NCBI GenBank assembly: GCA_031422955.1
Contig: JANPEN010000048.1
Location: 1 to 43,789, forward strand
Length of the DNA stretch: 43,789 nt
DNA from: Acidimicrobiia bacterium
Lineage (GTDB): Bacteria > Actinomycetota > Acidimicrobiia > Acidimicrobiales > CAIXPF01
Direction of reading: 5' to 3'
Under the pieces are notes generated by a model. That model saw only the letters and a list, made by a program, of their open reading frames with translations, had not been told where the DNA came from and did no database searches. Shown here in pieces: positions 1-8,455 of the stretch. The translations under genes were made by a program, and so were the position numbers. Within the stretch, counting starts at the first letter, position 1. Every line of letters begins with the position of its first letter.

Positions 1-370
1 GGGCCTTGACGTTGATGTCGAGGACCTTGTCGAAACCGGATGCGGGGAACTTGCCCAGGGGCGCCCCCCAGGCCGCGCCGGCGTTGTTGACGAGAATGTG
101 CAACGCCTCCTCCCGCTCTGAGAAGGCGGCCACGAAGCCGGCCAGGCCTTCCTCGGTGGAGAGATCGGCGGCGATAGCCATGCAGTAACCCAGCTCGGAC
201 AGCTTGGCCGCTGCCTCGTCGAGGTCGGCCGCCTTGCGGGAGGTGATGTAGGTGCGCACCCCATTGGTGACTAACCCCTCCGCGATCATGTAGCCGATCC
301 CCCGGCTGCCTCCGGTGACGACGGCCACCTTGTTCTCGATGCTGAACAACTCACTGATGCGCACGGCCAC
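1..370 (-). CDS. SDR family oxidoreductase, N-terminal part (3' end lies beyond the window edge)
   Basis: Absent from the ORF track because it runs off the window. Reverse-strand translation from GTG 368-370 (alternative GTG 362-364) reads VAVRISELFSIENKVAVVTGGSRGIGYMIAEGL...LHILVNNAGAAWGAPLGKFPASGFDKVLDINVKA. This shows the TGGxxGIG Rossmann motif and the NNAG motif of classical short-chain dehydrogenases, with high GC3. Confidence 0.8.
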   Translation of the reverse strand, partial: MAVRISELFSIENKVAVVTGGSRGIGYMIAEGLVTNGVRTYITSRKAADLDEAAAKLSELGYCMAIAADLSTEEGLAGFVAAFSEREEALHILVNNAGAAWGAPLGKFPASGFDKVLDINVKA

Positions 371-502
371 TCCCCGGTGCTCGGCTGGTGTGAGGAATCC
401 CGCACCGCCGGGCAACCTATCGCCTCGCCCGGCAGGGGTCACAGCCTCGCCGCTACTGTGCCCGAGGGTGCCGGAAGCAAGCAGAAAGCGGTGAGACAAC
501 CA

Positions 503-1720
503 ATGAGCTTCGACATGACCGCCCGTTTCCGGCCTGGTCTGCCCCCGGCGGAGGCGCCCTGGTCCCCCGGTGTTCCCTACAGCTTCGTAGGTGGGCACAA
601 CGACCCCGACAGCGTGCCCTTCAGCGGCCTGATCGAAGCGGCGGTGGCGGTGCTGCGCCGCCAGGGCCCGGCGCTGGCTAGCTACAACCTCGGCGGCAGC
701 CCGCAGGGCTACGCTCCGTTACGGGCCTTCATCGCGGAAACGCTGGAGGCGCGGGCGGCCATGAACGAGGATCCTGATGCGGTGCTGATCACCTCGGGCT
801 CCTTACAAGCGCTGGACCTCGTCAACGCAGTGTTGTTGGAGCCCGGGGACACCGTCATCGTCGAACAGGCCACCTACGGGGGCATGTTGAGCCGTTTGGC
901 CCGCCTCGGGGTGCAGGTGCTCGGAGCTGAGCTGGACCACGACGGTATTTGCACCGATGCGCTGGCCACCCAGTTGCAGCAGCTGGCCAAACGAAATATC
1001 CGCCCGAAATACCTTTACACCATCCCCACCGTGCAAAACCCCACCGGCTCGGTGCTGCCGCTGGAACGCCGGCGGGAGGTGTTGGCCTTGGCCCGCCAGT
1101 ACGGGGTGGCCATCTTCGAAGACGACTGCTACGCCGATCTGCTGTGGCAGGGCCCGCGGCCGCCGTCGTTTCGGGCATTGGACGGCCGCGGCGCGCAGGT
1201 CATCTACTGCGGTTCGTTCTCCAAGTCCATCGCCCCCGCCCTGCGGGTGGGCTACCTGGTGGCGGACTGGCCGGTGTTGGCCCAGATGCTGGCCTTGAAG
1301 ACCGATGCGGGCTCCGGTGCATTGGAGCAACTGGTGCTGGCCGAATACGCCGCCGCCCATTTTGGTGCCCATGTGGAGCAACTGCGGTCCGTCTTGCAGG
1401 CCAAGGCGGTGGTCATGGCCGAGGCGGTGACGGCCAGCTTTGGCCAGGCGGCCAGCTTCGAGACCCCCAAGGGAGGAATCTTCTTGTGGGTCACCCTGCC
1501 CGAGGGCACCGACACCACCGCGCTGGTTGGTCCCGCCGCGGCGGCTGGCGTCGAGTTCAACCCAGGGGCGGGCTGGTCGGCCGATCCGGCCTGGGGAGCC
1601 AGGCGGCTGCGGCTATGTTTCGGCCATCCCTCCGCCCCTGTCATCCGGGAGGGCGTCGCGGTGCTGGCCGACGTGTTCAACGAAGTATTCAGACGGCCGG
1701 GCCGCTTGCCTTCAGCGTAA
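503..1720 (+). CDS. PLP-dependent aminotransferase, class I/II
   Basis: ORF 377..1720. It has TVQNPTG and the SFSKSIAPALRVGY PLP-lysine motif. Start moved to ATG 503 (MSFDMTARF...) because the upstream residues do not look like part of the fold. The start is uncertain by about 12-40 codons. Confidence 0.85.
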   Translation: MSFDMTARFRPGLPPAEAPWSPGVPYSFVGGHNDPDSVPFSGLIEAAVAVLRRQGPALASYNLGGSPQGYAPLRAFIAETLEARAAMNEDPDAVLITSGSLQALDLVNAVLLEPGDTVIVEQATYGGMLSRLARLGVQVLGAELDHDGICTDALATQLQQLAKRNIRPKYLYTIPTVQNPTGSVLPLERRREVLALARQYGVAIFEDDCYADLLWQGPRPPSFRALDGRGAQVIYCGSFSKSIAPALRVGYLVADWPVLAQMLALKTDAGSGALEQLVLAEYAAAHFGAHVEQLRSVLQAKAVVMAEAVTASFGQAASFETPKGGIFLWVTLPEGTDTTALVGPAAAAGVEFNPGAGWSADPAWGARRLRLCFGHPSAPVIREGVAVLADVFNEVFRRPGRLPSA

Positions 1721-2917
1721 CGGTCGAAAGAAGGTCCGCAGCTCCTCCACCAGAGCGTCGGGCTGCTCGGCCGGGCCGAAATGGCCGCCGCGTTCGAACA
1801 CCGTCCAGCGCCGCAGGTCGGTGAGCTCTTCCGCCACTGCGCGGGGCACGAACATCAGCTCCTTGGGAAAGATGCCGAAACCGGTGGGTGCCTCGATGAC
1901 CTTGGCCCGTTGATGGGCCAGGAACGGGGGCTTGGAGAACTGCTCGGCGTAGAGACGGATCGAGCTGGCCATGGAGGTGTTGAACCAATACAGCGAGGCC
2001 AGGGTGCACAGATCGTCGCGACCGAACACCTCTAGGGCGTCCCCGTCGCACCACAGCTGACGGCGATGCCACAGCCACGCCCCCAGCCCAGCCGGTGAAT
2101 CGGCCATGGCGTAGGCGAAGGTCTGGGGGTCCCGGCGATGCACGGCCACATGGGCCTCGGTGAGGCGGCGGGCCTGGTTGGCCCGCTCCACCATCCATTG
2201 CTCGTCGGGGGCGAACTGATCGGGGGTGACCCCGCGTTTGCCCAACAACCCGGGGATGATGGGCAGGGTCAGGTAGGTGCCGATGAGATGTTGGGCGTGG
2301 GCGTGGCCCAACCAGCCGGTGACGAAGGCCCCCCAGTCCCCGCCCTGGGCGCCGAAACGTTCGAAACCGAGCACATCTCGCATCAGCGTGACCCACAGCT
2401 CGGCGATCTTGGCGATGTCCACCCCGAGGGTACTGAGCGGTACGGAGAGGCCGTAGCCGGGGAGGGAGGGCACGATCACCTCGAAGCTGTCAGCGGCATT
2501 GCCGCCGTAGGCGACTGGATCGCTGAGCGGGCCGATCATCTTGTGCAGATCCCAGAACGTCCACGGCCAGCCGTGGGTGAGCACCAGCGGCATGGGATCG
2601 GGTCCCCGGCCGGGCACGCGCAGATAGTGAATCGGGATACCGCCCAGCTCCACCTTATAGTGCTGGAAACGGTTCATTTCCGCTTCCACCGCCCGCCAGT
2701 CGTAGCTGTCAGCCCAATAACTGACCAGGTCTGCCATCCACTCACGGGGGGCGCCGTAGCGGCCGTCGGGGTTGCCGGGATCCGCCGGCCAACGGGTACG
2801 ACGCAGCCGGAAGCGCAACTCTTCGAGCTCCGCCTCCGCGATGTCGACCACGTAAGGCTGGGGTTTGGGCTGGGTGACCATGGGTGGGGCTCCGTCCTGT
2901 GCCGAGGCGGCCGTCAC
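1712..2917 (-). CDS. Epoxide hydrolase (alpha/beta hydrolase with N-terminal EH domain)
   Basis: HGWPWTF (HGWP oxyanion-hole motif), GGDWGA nucleophile elbow, and an N-terminal segment of the type LEELRFRLRRTRWP. Start is GTG 2917 or ATG 2881. The 3' end overlaps the convergent aminotransferase by 9 nt. Confidence 0.85.
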   Translation of the reverse strand: MTAASAQDGAPPMVTQPKPQPYVVDIAEAELEELRFRLRRTRWPADPGNPDGRYGAPREWMADLVSYWADSYDWRAVEAEMNRFQHYKVELGGIPIHYLRVPGRGPDPMPLVLTHGWPWTFWDLHKMIGPLSDPVAYGGNAADSFEVIVPSLPGYGLSVPLSTLGVDIAKIAELWVTLMRDVLGFERFGAQGGDWGAFVTGWLGHAHAQHLIGTYLTLPIIPGLLGKRGVTPDQFAPDEQWMVERANQARRLTEAHVAVHRRDPQTFAYAMADSPAGLGAWLWHRRQLWCDGDALEVFGRDDLCTLASLYWFNTSMASSIRLYAEQFSKPPFLAHQRAKVIEAPTGFGIFPKELMFVPRAVAEELTDLRRWTVFERGGHFGPAEQPDALVEELRTFFRPLR

Positions 2918-2938
2918 CGTAGCGGGTGATTCCCCTAT

Positions 2939-3880
2939 TCAGCGATCGAGGTGGGGGAGCACCGTTTCGGCGAACAGTTCGGCCGGCTCCCGGGTGTCGC
3001 GGCCGAAGAACTCGATCATGAACATGTCACAACCCAACTCGACGTGGCGCTGGATCTGCTCGATGACCCGTCCTGGTGAGCCGGCGATAGCCAGATCCCC
3101 TTTGGGATCACCCAAATGCCCGCCGAAGACTTTCTCGGCGTTGTCGATAGCGGCGGCCGCGGCGGCCTCGTCGGCGCCGATGATGACCAGACACTGCTGG
3201 GAAACCCGCACCTCGGCGGGATCGCGCCCGATGGCGGCCAGCGCGGCCCGCAACACGTCGATCTTGTGGGGCAGCTCGGACTGGGCCGCCGCAGAGTTGT
3301 TCCAGATATCGGCCTGACGGGCGGCCATGGGCAAGGTCACCTTCTCGCCGGTTCCTCCGATGAGAATGGGCGGCCGGCGGGGCGGCTTGGGTAGGCACAC
3401 CACATGGTCGGCGTGGACGTAGTCACCGTCGTAGCTGGCCTCGGGGACCTGGGGATCCCACATCAGGCGCAGCAGCTCGAGGGTTTCTTCCATTTGGGCC
3501 AACCGTTGGCCGGGGGCCAGGAAGGGCATCCCAAAATCGGTGTGCTCACGGTCCATCCAGCCGGCCCCGAAGCCGGGGATGACCCGCCCGCCGGCGATGT
3601 CGTCCACGGTGGCGATGGTCTTGCCCAGATGGGCTGGGTTGCGCATACCGGTCGGTGTGACCAGGGTGCCCAGCTCCACCCGATCGGTACAGGCGGCCAG
3701 CGCGGCCAGCAGCGACCAGGCCTCCAGGATGGGGATGGTGGGGGACTGGGGGCCGTAGAGATGGTCGCAGACCCACAGCGAGTCGTAGCCCATGGCTTCG
3801 AACTGGCGGGCCGCGTCGCGGCTTTGGGCCCACGAACGTTTGATTTGCGGGACGGTGACCCCGATGTGGACGCCGCTCAT
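2939..3880 (-). CDS. LLM-class (luciferase-like) flavin/F420-dependent oxidoreductase
   Basis: 313 aa. N-terminus is GVTVPQ...FEAMGYDSLWVCDHLYGP with TIM-barrel LLM-like spacing. It lies 21 nt upstream of the epoxide hydrolase on the same strand. Confidence 0.75.
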   Translation of the reverse strand: MSGVHIGVTVPQIKRSWAQSRDAARQFEAMGYDSLWVCDHLYGPQSPTIPILEAWSLLAALAACTDRVELGTLVTPTGMRNPAHLGKTIATVDDIAGGRVIPGFGAGWMDREHTDFGMPFLAPGQRLAQMEETLELLRLMWDPQVPEASYDGDYVHADHVVCLPKPPRRPPILIGGTGEKVTLPMAARQADIWNNSAAAQSELPHKIDVLRAALAAIGRDPAEVRVSQQCLVIIGADEAAAAAAIDNAEKVFGGHLGDPKGDLAIAGSPGRVIEQIQRHVELGCDMFMIEFFGRDTREPAELFAETVLPHLDR

Positions 3881-3987
3881 GGCTCCCCCTCTGGCTGGGC
3901 GGGCTCGGACCCCGCTGGTATGGCCTGGAAGCTAGCCAGCCGACGGCGGCGCTGCACCGGATAGCGCTGCTGGCGGCCGCGTCAGGC

Positions 3988-4755
3988 TCAATGGTTGCTC
4001 ATCCCGCCGTCGGCGGCCAGGGCGGCGCCATTGATCATGCGGGACTCCGAGGAGGCCAGAAACAAAGCGATGTTGGCAATGTCGTCGGGCTCGCCCACCC
4101 CGTAAGGCCAACGCCGGCGGCTCTCCTCGATACCGGAGGGCCGGCCCTCCGGGATGTCCCCGAAGCGGTTGAGGACCCTTTCGGTCAGCACATACCCGGG
4201 GCAGATGGCGTTGACTCGCACACCTTTGCGACCGTACTGGTAGGCCATGGAACGGGTGAGGGCGATCACGCCTCCTTTGGCCGCAGAGTACACATGCATG
4301 CGCATGGGTTGGAGCGCGGCGGTGGAGGCCATGTTCACCACCGTGCCGCCCCCTGCGTTGATGATGTGAGGGATGGCGTGGCGGGAGCACAGCAGGGTGC
4401 CCTTGAGGTCGAGGTTGATGGTGTGGTCCCACACCGACAGATCCACCTCGGTGACTGGAGCGTCCTCGGGGATAGACCCGCCGGCGCAGTTGTAGAGCAC
4501 GTCGAGCTTGCCGTAGCGGGCCACCGCGCCGGCCACCGCCGCTTGCACCTGGTCATCGTTGGTGATGTCGGTGCGGATGAAGCTGGCCTCGCCCCCTGCG
4601 TCGAGGATCAGCCTGGCCGTCTCCTCGCCCAGGGCGGGGTTGATCTCTGCGATCACCACCCTGGCTCCTTCGCGGGCGAACAGGCGGGCAGCGGCCCGGC
4701 CTATGCCGATGCCGGCTCCGGTGATGAACGCCACCCGGGTATCGAGTCTTCCCAT
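3988..4755 (-). CDS. SDR family oxidoreductase
   Basis: ITGAGIGIGRAAA (TGxxxGxG), NCAG and YSAAK (YxxxK) motifs. Start trimmed to ATG 4755 (MGRLDTRVAFITG) from the longer track ORF 3988..4893. Confidence 0.9.
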   Translation of the reverse strand: MGRLDTRVAFITGAGIGIGRAAARLFAREGARVVIAEINPALGEETARLILDAGGEASFIRTDITNDDQVQAAVAGAVARYGKLDVLYNCAGGSIPEDAPVTEVDLSVWDHTINLDLKGTLLCSRHAIPHIINAGGGTVVNMASTAALQPMRMHVYSAAKGGVIALTRSMAYQYGRKGVRVNAICPGYVLTERVLNRFGDIPEGRPSGIEESRRRWPYGVGEPDDIANIALFLASSESRMINGAALAADGGMSNH

Positions 4756-4791
4756 AGTCGAGTCACGGTAGCAGACCCCTCGCCGGCGCTC

Positions 4792-4833
4792 AATACCATT
4801 CGGTATGTTATGTTCGGCAGGTTCGGCAGGTTC
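4792..4833. promoter_or_regulatory. AT-richer palindrome plus tandem 9-mer in a divergent promoter region
   Basis: ATACC-ATTC-GGTAT inverted repeat at 4793-4806. ATGTT ATGTT at 4804-4813. GTTCGGCAG GTTCGGCAG GTTC at 4812-4833. The block lies between the divergent starts at 4755 (-) and 4892 (+). Confidence 0.3.
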
Positions 4834-4891
4834 TGGCCGACCGGGTAGGGCCATCCCGCTCGCTGTCATAGGGGGCTGAAAGAATAGGGCC

Positions 4892-5293
4892 ATGAGCTTT
4901 GGTCAGACCGCGTCGCCGGCATCCGCCAAGCAGGTGCAGTACCTGCTGGCCCTGGTCAAGAAGGCCGGCCACACCGACTTCCGAGACGCGCGCGGCCCCC
5001 TGGGCTTCACCCAACGCCAGGCCGGCGGCAAGTTCAGCCGCACCGAGGCCGCCGCCCTCATCGACCAACTTTTGGCCGCCCCCACTGCCGAGGACGATGC
5101 GGGTGAGGACTCCTCGCCTGCCGAAACTCACCCTCGGGCTGGCCTCGGTCGCCGCGTCTTCGCCGAGGATCGGCTCGCCACCGAACGCGCCACCATACTT
5201 CAGGGTATGCCAGCCGATTTGCTGGTGACCGAGTTGGAGCGGCGCGGCTGGCAGGTCAGCGCCCCGGCCCGAGCGTCGGCCGGCAAGGGGTAA
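4892..5293 (+). CDS. Hypothetical protein (133 aa)
   Basis: ATG start with high GC3. N-terminal helical segment is SAKQVQYLLALVKKAGH...FSRTEAAALIDQLL, followed by an acidic linker and a C-terminal ...LLVTELERRGWQV. I cannot name a family with confidence. Confidence 0.5.
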   Translation: MSFGQTASPASAKQVQYLLALVKKAGHTDFRDARGPLGFTQRQAGGKFSRTEAAALIDQLLAAPTAEDDAGEDSSPAETHPRAGLGRRVFAEDRLATERATILQGMPADLLVTELERRGWQVSAPARASAGKG

Positions 5294-5319
5294 AGGGTAA
5301 GGGGTAAAAGGTAAAGGGG
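5287..5319 (+). repeat. Degenerate G-tract / TAAA repeat spanning the stop codon
   Basis: GGGG TAAA GGG TAA GGGG TAAAA GG TAAA GGGG. It contains four runs of at least 3 G and is a strikingly A/G-only stretch in GC-rich DNA. The TAA stop of the 4892..5293 gene (5291-5293) is part of it. Confidence 0.7.
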
Positions 5320-5385
5320 TACCACCAGCCTGAATCGGCGCCAACGCGGCCGGCCCCGGGCTATCCGTGGTTTTCCAGGGCTCTT

Positions 5386-5504
5386 GTGCGGATCTGGGGC
5401 GGCCATCGTTCGGATCTGGGGTTTCCCGGCCGAGACCCTTGGCGTTTGTGCTGCTCACAGGGTTTTGGTCCGGCGTAGGGGAGCGAATTTCCCCACATCC
5501 GCAC
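5386..5504. repeat. Three copies of a 14-nt motif (two direct, one inverted) in a long convergent intergenic spacer
   Basis: GTGCGGATCTGGGG at 5386-5399. GTTCGGATCTGGGG at 5408-5421 (period 22 nt). CCCCACATCCGCAC at 5491-5504, which matches the reverse complement of copy 1 at 13 of 14 positions. Confidence 0.6.
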
Positions 5505-5577
5505 AACTGGCTGATCCAGCGCCCCAACCTCGCTCCGTGCGTGCCTTGGCGGCCACACTGAGGCGCAACCGGCCCGC

Positions 5578-5619
5578 GAAACAGGCCCGGCCACCGTGCG
5601 GCGCGGCCGGGCCCGTTTC
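5578..5619. terminator. Bidirectional stem-loop between convergent genes
   Basis: GAAACAGGCCCGGCC (5578-5592) pairs with GGCCGGGCCCGTTTC (5605-5619) with one mismatch and a 12-nt loop. It lies 10 nt after the stop of the minus-strand binding-protein gene. Only a short U/T run follows. Confidence 0.55.
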
Positions 5620-5628
5620 AGCTATCGC

Positions 5629-7239
5629 TCAGCTCTTGCAGTTGGCGATGGACTGATCCCACACGCAGTTAGAGGACTTGCCCGACAAGTCCACTGGGGG
5701 CGCTACCTGGCTGAAGGATTGCTTGGCCGAGTCGTACTTGCCGATCTCGGATCCTTCGACCATGTAGGCGTCCTTGGCCCCGTTCATGTTGAGCTTGATG
5801 CCAGGCATCATGAACGGCGAGGTGAAGTCCATGGCCCGAATGGCCAGCATCAGGTTGGGTCGGGTTAGTCCACCGTCAAGCTGCGAGGCCACCCGGAGGT
5901 ACTCCGCCAGCACGTAACCGAACACGTAGCCGTTGCCGAACTGGGCGGAGGCCTTGATCTCGTAGCCGTCCTTGGCCAGTTGCTGAACGGCGAAGACGAT
6001 TTGGGGCAGGGTGGCGCTGACGGAGTCGTTGAAATCGATGACCCCGCCGCCCACGACGAGCCAGTTGTTGCTGGCGCTGCCGTCGGCACCGACCTTGTCC
6101 TTGCCCACGAAGTTGCTGCCCTTGCACACCGAGGGCAGCCACAGCTGCTTAGCGGACTCCTTGAGGCCGTTCTGGGCGGATTCGGTGATGGCCTGCGTGC
6201 AGGACGTACCGGCAGTCATGGCAATGAACACGTCGGGGTTCTTGGCCGCCAGCGTGGTCATCTCGTTGGTGATGGTGGGGGCGGTGGGTTCGATCAGCTC
6301 GAACTGGAAACGCAGTTCGTGCTTGGACTGGGCCAGGAAGGCCTGGAAGCCGGCCTGGTAGGCCTTGCCGAAGTCGTTGTTCATGATCAGGGCGGTGACC
6401 AGGGAACCCTTGGGCAGGGTCTGTTCGATGTAGCTGCCCCACAGGATGGCTTCGGTGTTGTAGGCCAACTGGTAGCCGGTCGTCCACGGATGGTTGACCG
6501 GATCTCCCCAGGCGGGGTGGCCAGTGATGGCGATGGGCTGAGGTACGCAACGCAGGTTGATCTTGTCGTAGGTCTTCATAACTGACGGTGAACCGCCGGT
6601 GGTGAGGGCGAAGACCTTCTCGGAGTCCATCAGCTCGTCGACCAAGGGGATGGTTCGGGCGGGGTCGTAGCCGTCGTCCTTCTCCAAGAAGTTGATCCTG
6701 CGGGACTTGCCGGTGGAATCGGGTATGGCGCCGATGTAATTGAAGTAGTTCTTCATGCCCCGCCCGATGTTGCCGTACTCGGCCAACGTGCCCGAGTAGG
6801 GGAAGGTATGGCCCAACTTGATCTCGGTGTCGGTGAGGCCCTCCTGGGCGTTCCAGCCGGGGGGGCACTTGTTCAGATCGACGGTCCAGCCTTCGGGGCC
6901 GCGCAGGATCTTGTCCGGCCCTACGCCCCACTTGTTGTCCTTGATCTTCTTGACGATCGCCTCCCGCTGCTTGGTGCCCTGGGCCTCCCACTCCGCCCAG
7001 GTGGTGGGCAGTGTGGCGGCGGCGCTGGTCGTCGCTCCCTCCGAGGTGGTCGAGGCCAGCTGGGCTTGCACGGCGTCTTTCACCACTGTGTCGATGCTGC
7101 CCCCCGTTTCGGCCCCCTCCGTGGAGCCGTCATCGCCCCCACAGGCTGCGGCCAGCAGGCTGGCCGCCACCGAGACCGCCAGCCAGCGTCGTCTGCTGCC
7201 GGCGTATTTCCCGCGGTAGCTCCGGGTGGATCTCCTCAT
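5629..7239 (-). CDS. ABC transporter substrate-binding lipoprotein (branched-chain amino acid / PBP type 1-like)
   Basis: Start trimmed to ATG 7239, preceded by GGGGGAAG. Signal sequence is MRRSTRSYRGKYAGSRRRWLAVSVAASLLAAAC-GG (lipobox-like Cys), followed by a low-complexity T/S/A linker and then a periplasmic binding-protein body. No permease or ATPase gene is adjacent. Confidence 0.75.
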   Translation of the reverse strand: MRRSTRSYRGKYAGSRRRWLAVSVAASLLAAACGGDDGSTEGAETGGSIDTVVKDAVQAQLASTTSEGATTSAAATLPTTWAEWEAQGTKQREAIVKKIKDNKWGVGPDKILRGPEGWTVDLNKCPPGWNAQEGLTDTEIKLGHTFPYSGTLAEYGNIGRGMKNYFNYIGAIPDSTGKSRRINFLEKDDGYDPARTIPLVDELMDSEKVFALTTGGSPSVMKTYDKINLRCVPQPIAITGHPAWGDPVNHPWTTGYQLAYNTEAILWGSYIEQTLPKGSLVTALIMNNDFGKAYQAGFQAFLAQSKHELRFQFELIEPTAPTITNEMTTLAAKNPDVFIAMTAGTSCTQAITESAQNGLKESAKQLWLPSVCKGSNFVGKDKVGADGSASNNWLVVGGGVIDFNDSVSATLPQIVFAVQQLAKDGYEIKASAQFGNGYVFGYVLAEYLRVASQLDGGLTRPNLMLAIRAMDFTSPFMMPGIKLNMNGAKDAYMVEGSEIGKYDSAKQSFSQVAPPVDLSGKSSNCVWDQSIANCKS

Positions 7240-7453
7240 GGTGCTTCCCCCTTTTGTTGCGTGGCCTGGCCACGCCGCCCCGGGAAGAACCCGCGACCGC
7301 GGTGACAATAGTCATCTCGATTTGCGATGTCTGGTCGGGCTAGGGGTTGTGGCCATGCACCGCCAGCTGGCCGCGGCCGGGGCGGAGCCGTAGTCGTCGG
7401 CCGGGCCGAGCATTGTGTTAGAACCGCAGTGCGGGCGAGCAGCCAGGGAGGTG

Positions 7454-8455
7454 ATGACCATGACCAAGGTGAGCGAAATCCAAGATCAGGTGGCCACCTT
7501 CTTGGCCGGCCAGCTCGGCCCTCAGGCCCAGGTCCGGCTAAAGAACCTGCAGCGGGTGTCATCGGGCCGTTCTCGGGAGAACTGGCTCTTCGACGCCGTC
7601 TGGCAAACCCCCGACGGTGTGGTCTCCGAAGCGTTGATCGTGCGCAGGGACCCGCTCGGGGGCTTGTTGGAAACCGACAGGACAGCCGAGTTCGCGGTGC
7701 TGCGGGCCCTGGAATCCACCGTGGTGCCGGCGCCGGCGGTGCGTTGGCTGGACGCCACCGGCGCCGCCCTGGGCCGGCCGTCGCTGATCATGGTGCGCGA
7801 ACCAGGGGAGTGCGACTACTTCGTGCTGAACGGCGAACGTCCCCTGGCCGAGCGGGTGCGGGTGGCCCGGCGCCTCTGTGAGCTGCTGGCCACGGTCCAC
7901 GCGGTGGATTGGCGGGGCAGCGACCTGAGATCGGTGCTAGAGGATCCGGGCGCGGCGGCGGCGGAGGTCGCGCTCGATCACTGGGAAGCCATCCTTCGCC
8001 GAGACCAACTCGAGCCCTATCCCGAGCTGGAGTTAGCTACCCGTTGGTTGCGGACCAACGCCCCCGCCAGCGCCGCCACCGTCTTGGTCCACGGCGATTT
8101 CAAAGCTGGCAACGTTTTGCTCGAGGGCGAAGAACTGGGCGCCTTGTTGGACTGGGAGCTGGCCCACCTGGGGGACCGCCACGAGGATCTGGGATGGGTC
8201 ACCCAACCCTTGCGCACCCGTGAGCATCTCATCCCCGGCGCCTGGGAGCGGGCCGACCTGCTGGGCTACTACCAGGAGCTCACCGGGGTAGCGGTGGATG
8301 CCCGTGCGGTGGCCTGGTGGAACGGCCTGGCCGGTTACAAAACGGCGGTCATGCAGGTGAGCGGGTTGCGTTCCTTCATCGAAGGACGCTGCGATGAGCT
8401 GTATCAACCAACCGCGGCGGTGCTGGGTAGCCTGCTGGAGCTGGTCAGGACCTGA
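7454..8455 (+). CDS. Phosphotransferase (APH/ChoK-fold kinase) family protein, copy 1
   Basis: VHGDFKAGNVLLE (HGDxxxxN catalytic loop) and LLDWELAHLGDRHEDLGW (DWE metal-binding motif). ATG 7454 is preceded by GGGAGG. Confidence 0.85.
   Translation: MTMTKVSEIQDQVATFLAGQLGPQAQVRLKNLQRVSSGRSRENWLFDAVWQTPDGVVSEALIVRRDPLGGLLETDRTAEFAVLRALESTVVPAPAVRWLDATGAALGRPSLIMVREPGECDYFVLNGERPLAERVRVARRLCELLATVHAVDWRGSDLRSVLEDPGAAAAEVALDHWEAILRRDQLEPYPELELATRWLRTNAPASAATVLVHGDFKAGNVLLEGEELGALLDWELAHLGDRHEDLGWVTQPLRTREHLIPGAWERADLLGYYQELTGVAVDARAVAWWNGLAGYKTAVMQVSGLRSFIEGRCDELYQPTAAVLGSLLELVRT

Noticed and set aside
6-188. 60-aa plus-strand ORF at the window start.
   Set aside because: It is antisense to the clearly coding SDR N-terminal region (TGGSRGIG and NNAG motifs on the minus strand).
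5287-5325. Telomere-like repeat.
   Set aside because: GGGTAAA is neither the plant-type TTTAGGG repeat nor its reverse complement. The tract is short, degenerate and internal. It is retained only as a G-tract curiosity.
5361-5656. Small ORFs in the convergent spacer (5361-5594 minus, 5367-5561 plus, 5384-5656 plus).
   Set aside because: They have no ribosome-binding sites and Arg/Pro/Gly-rich, low-information translations. They overlap each other in several frames. The region is better explained as non-coding.
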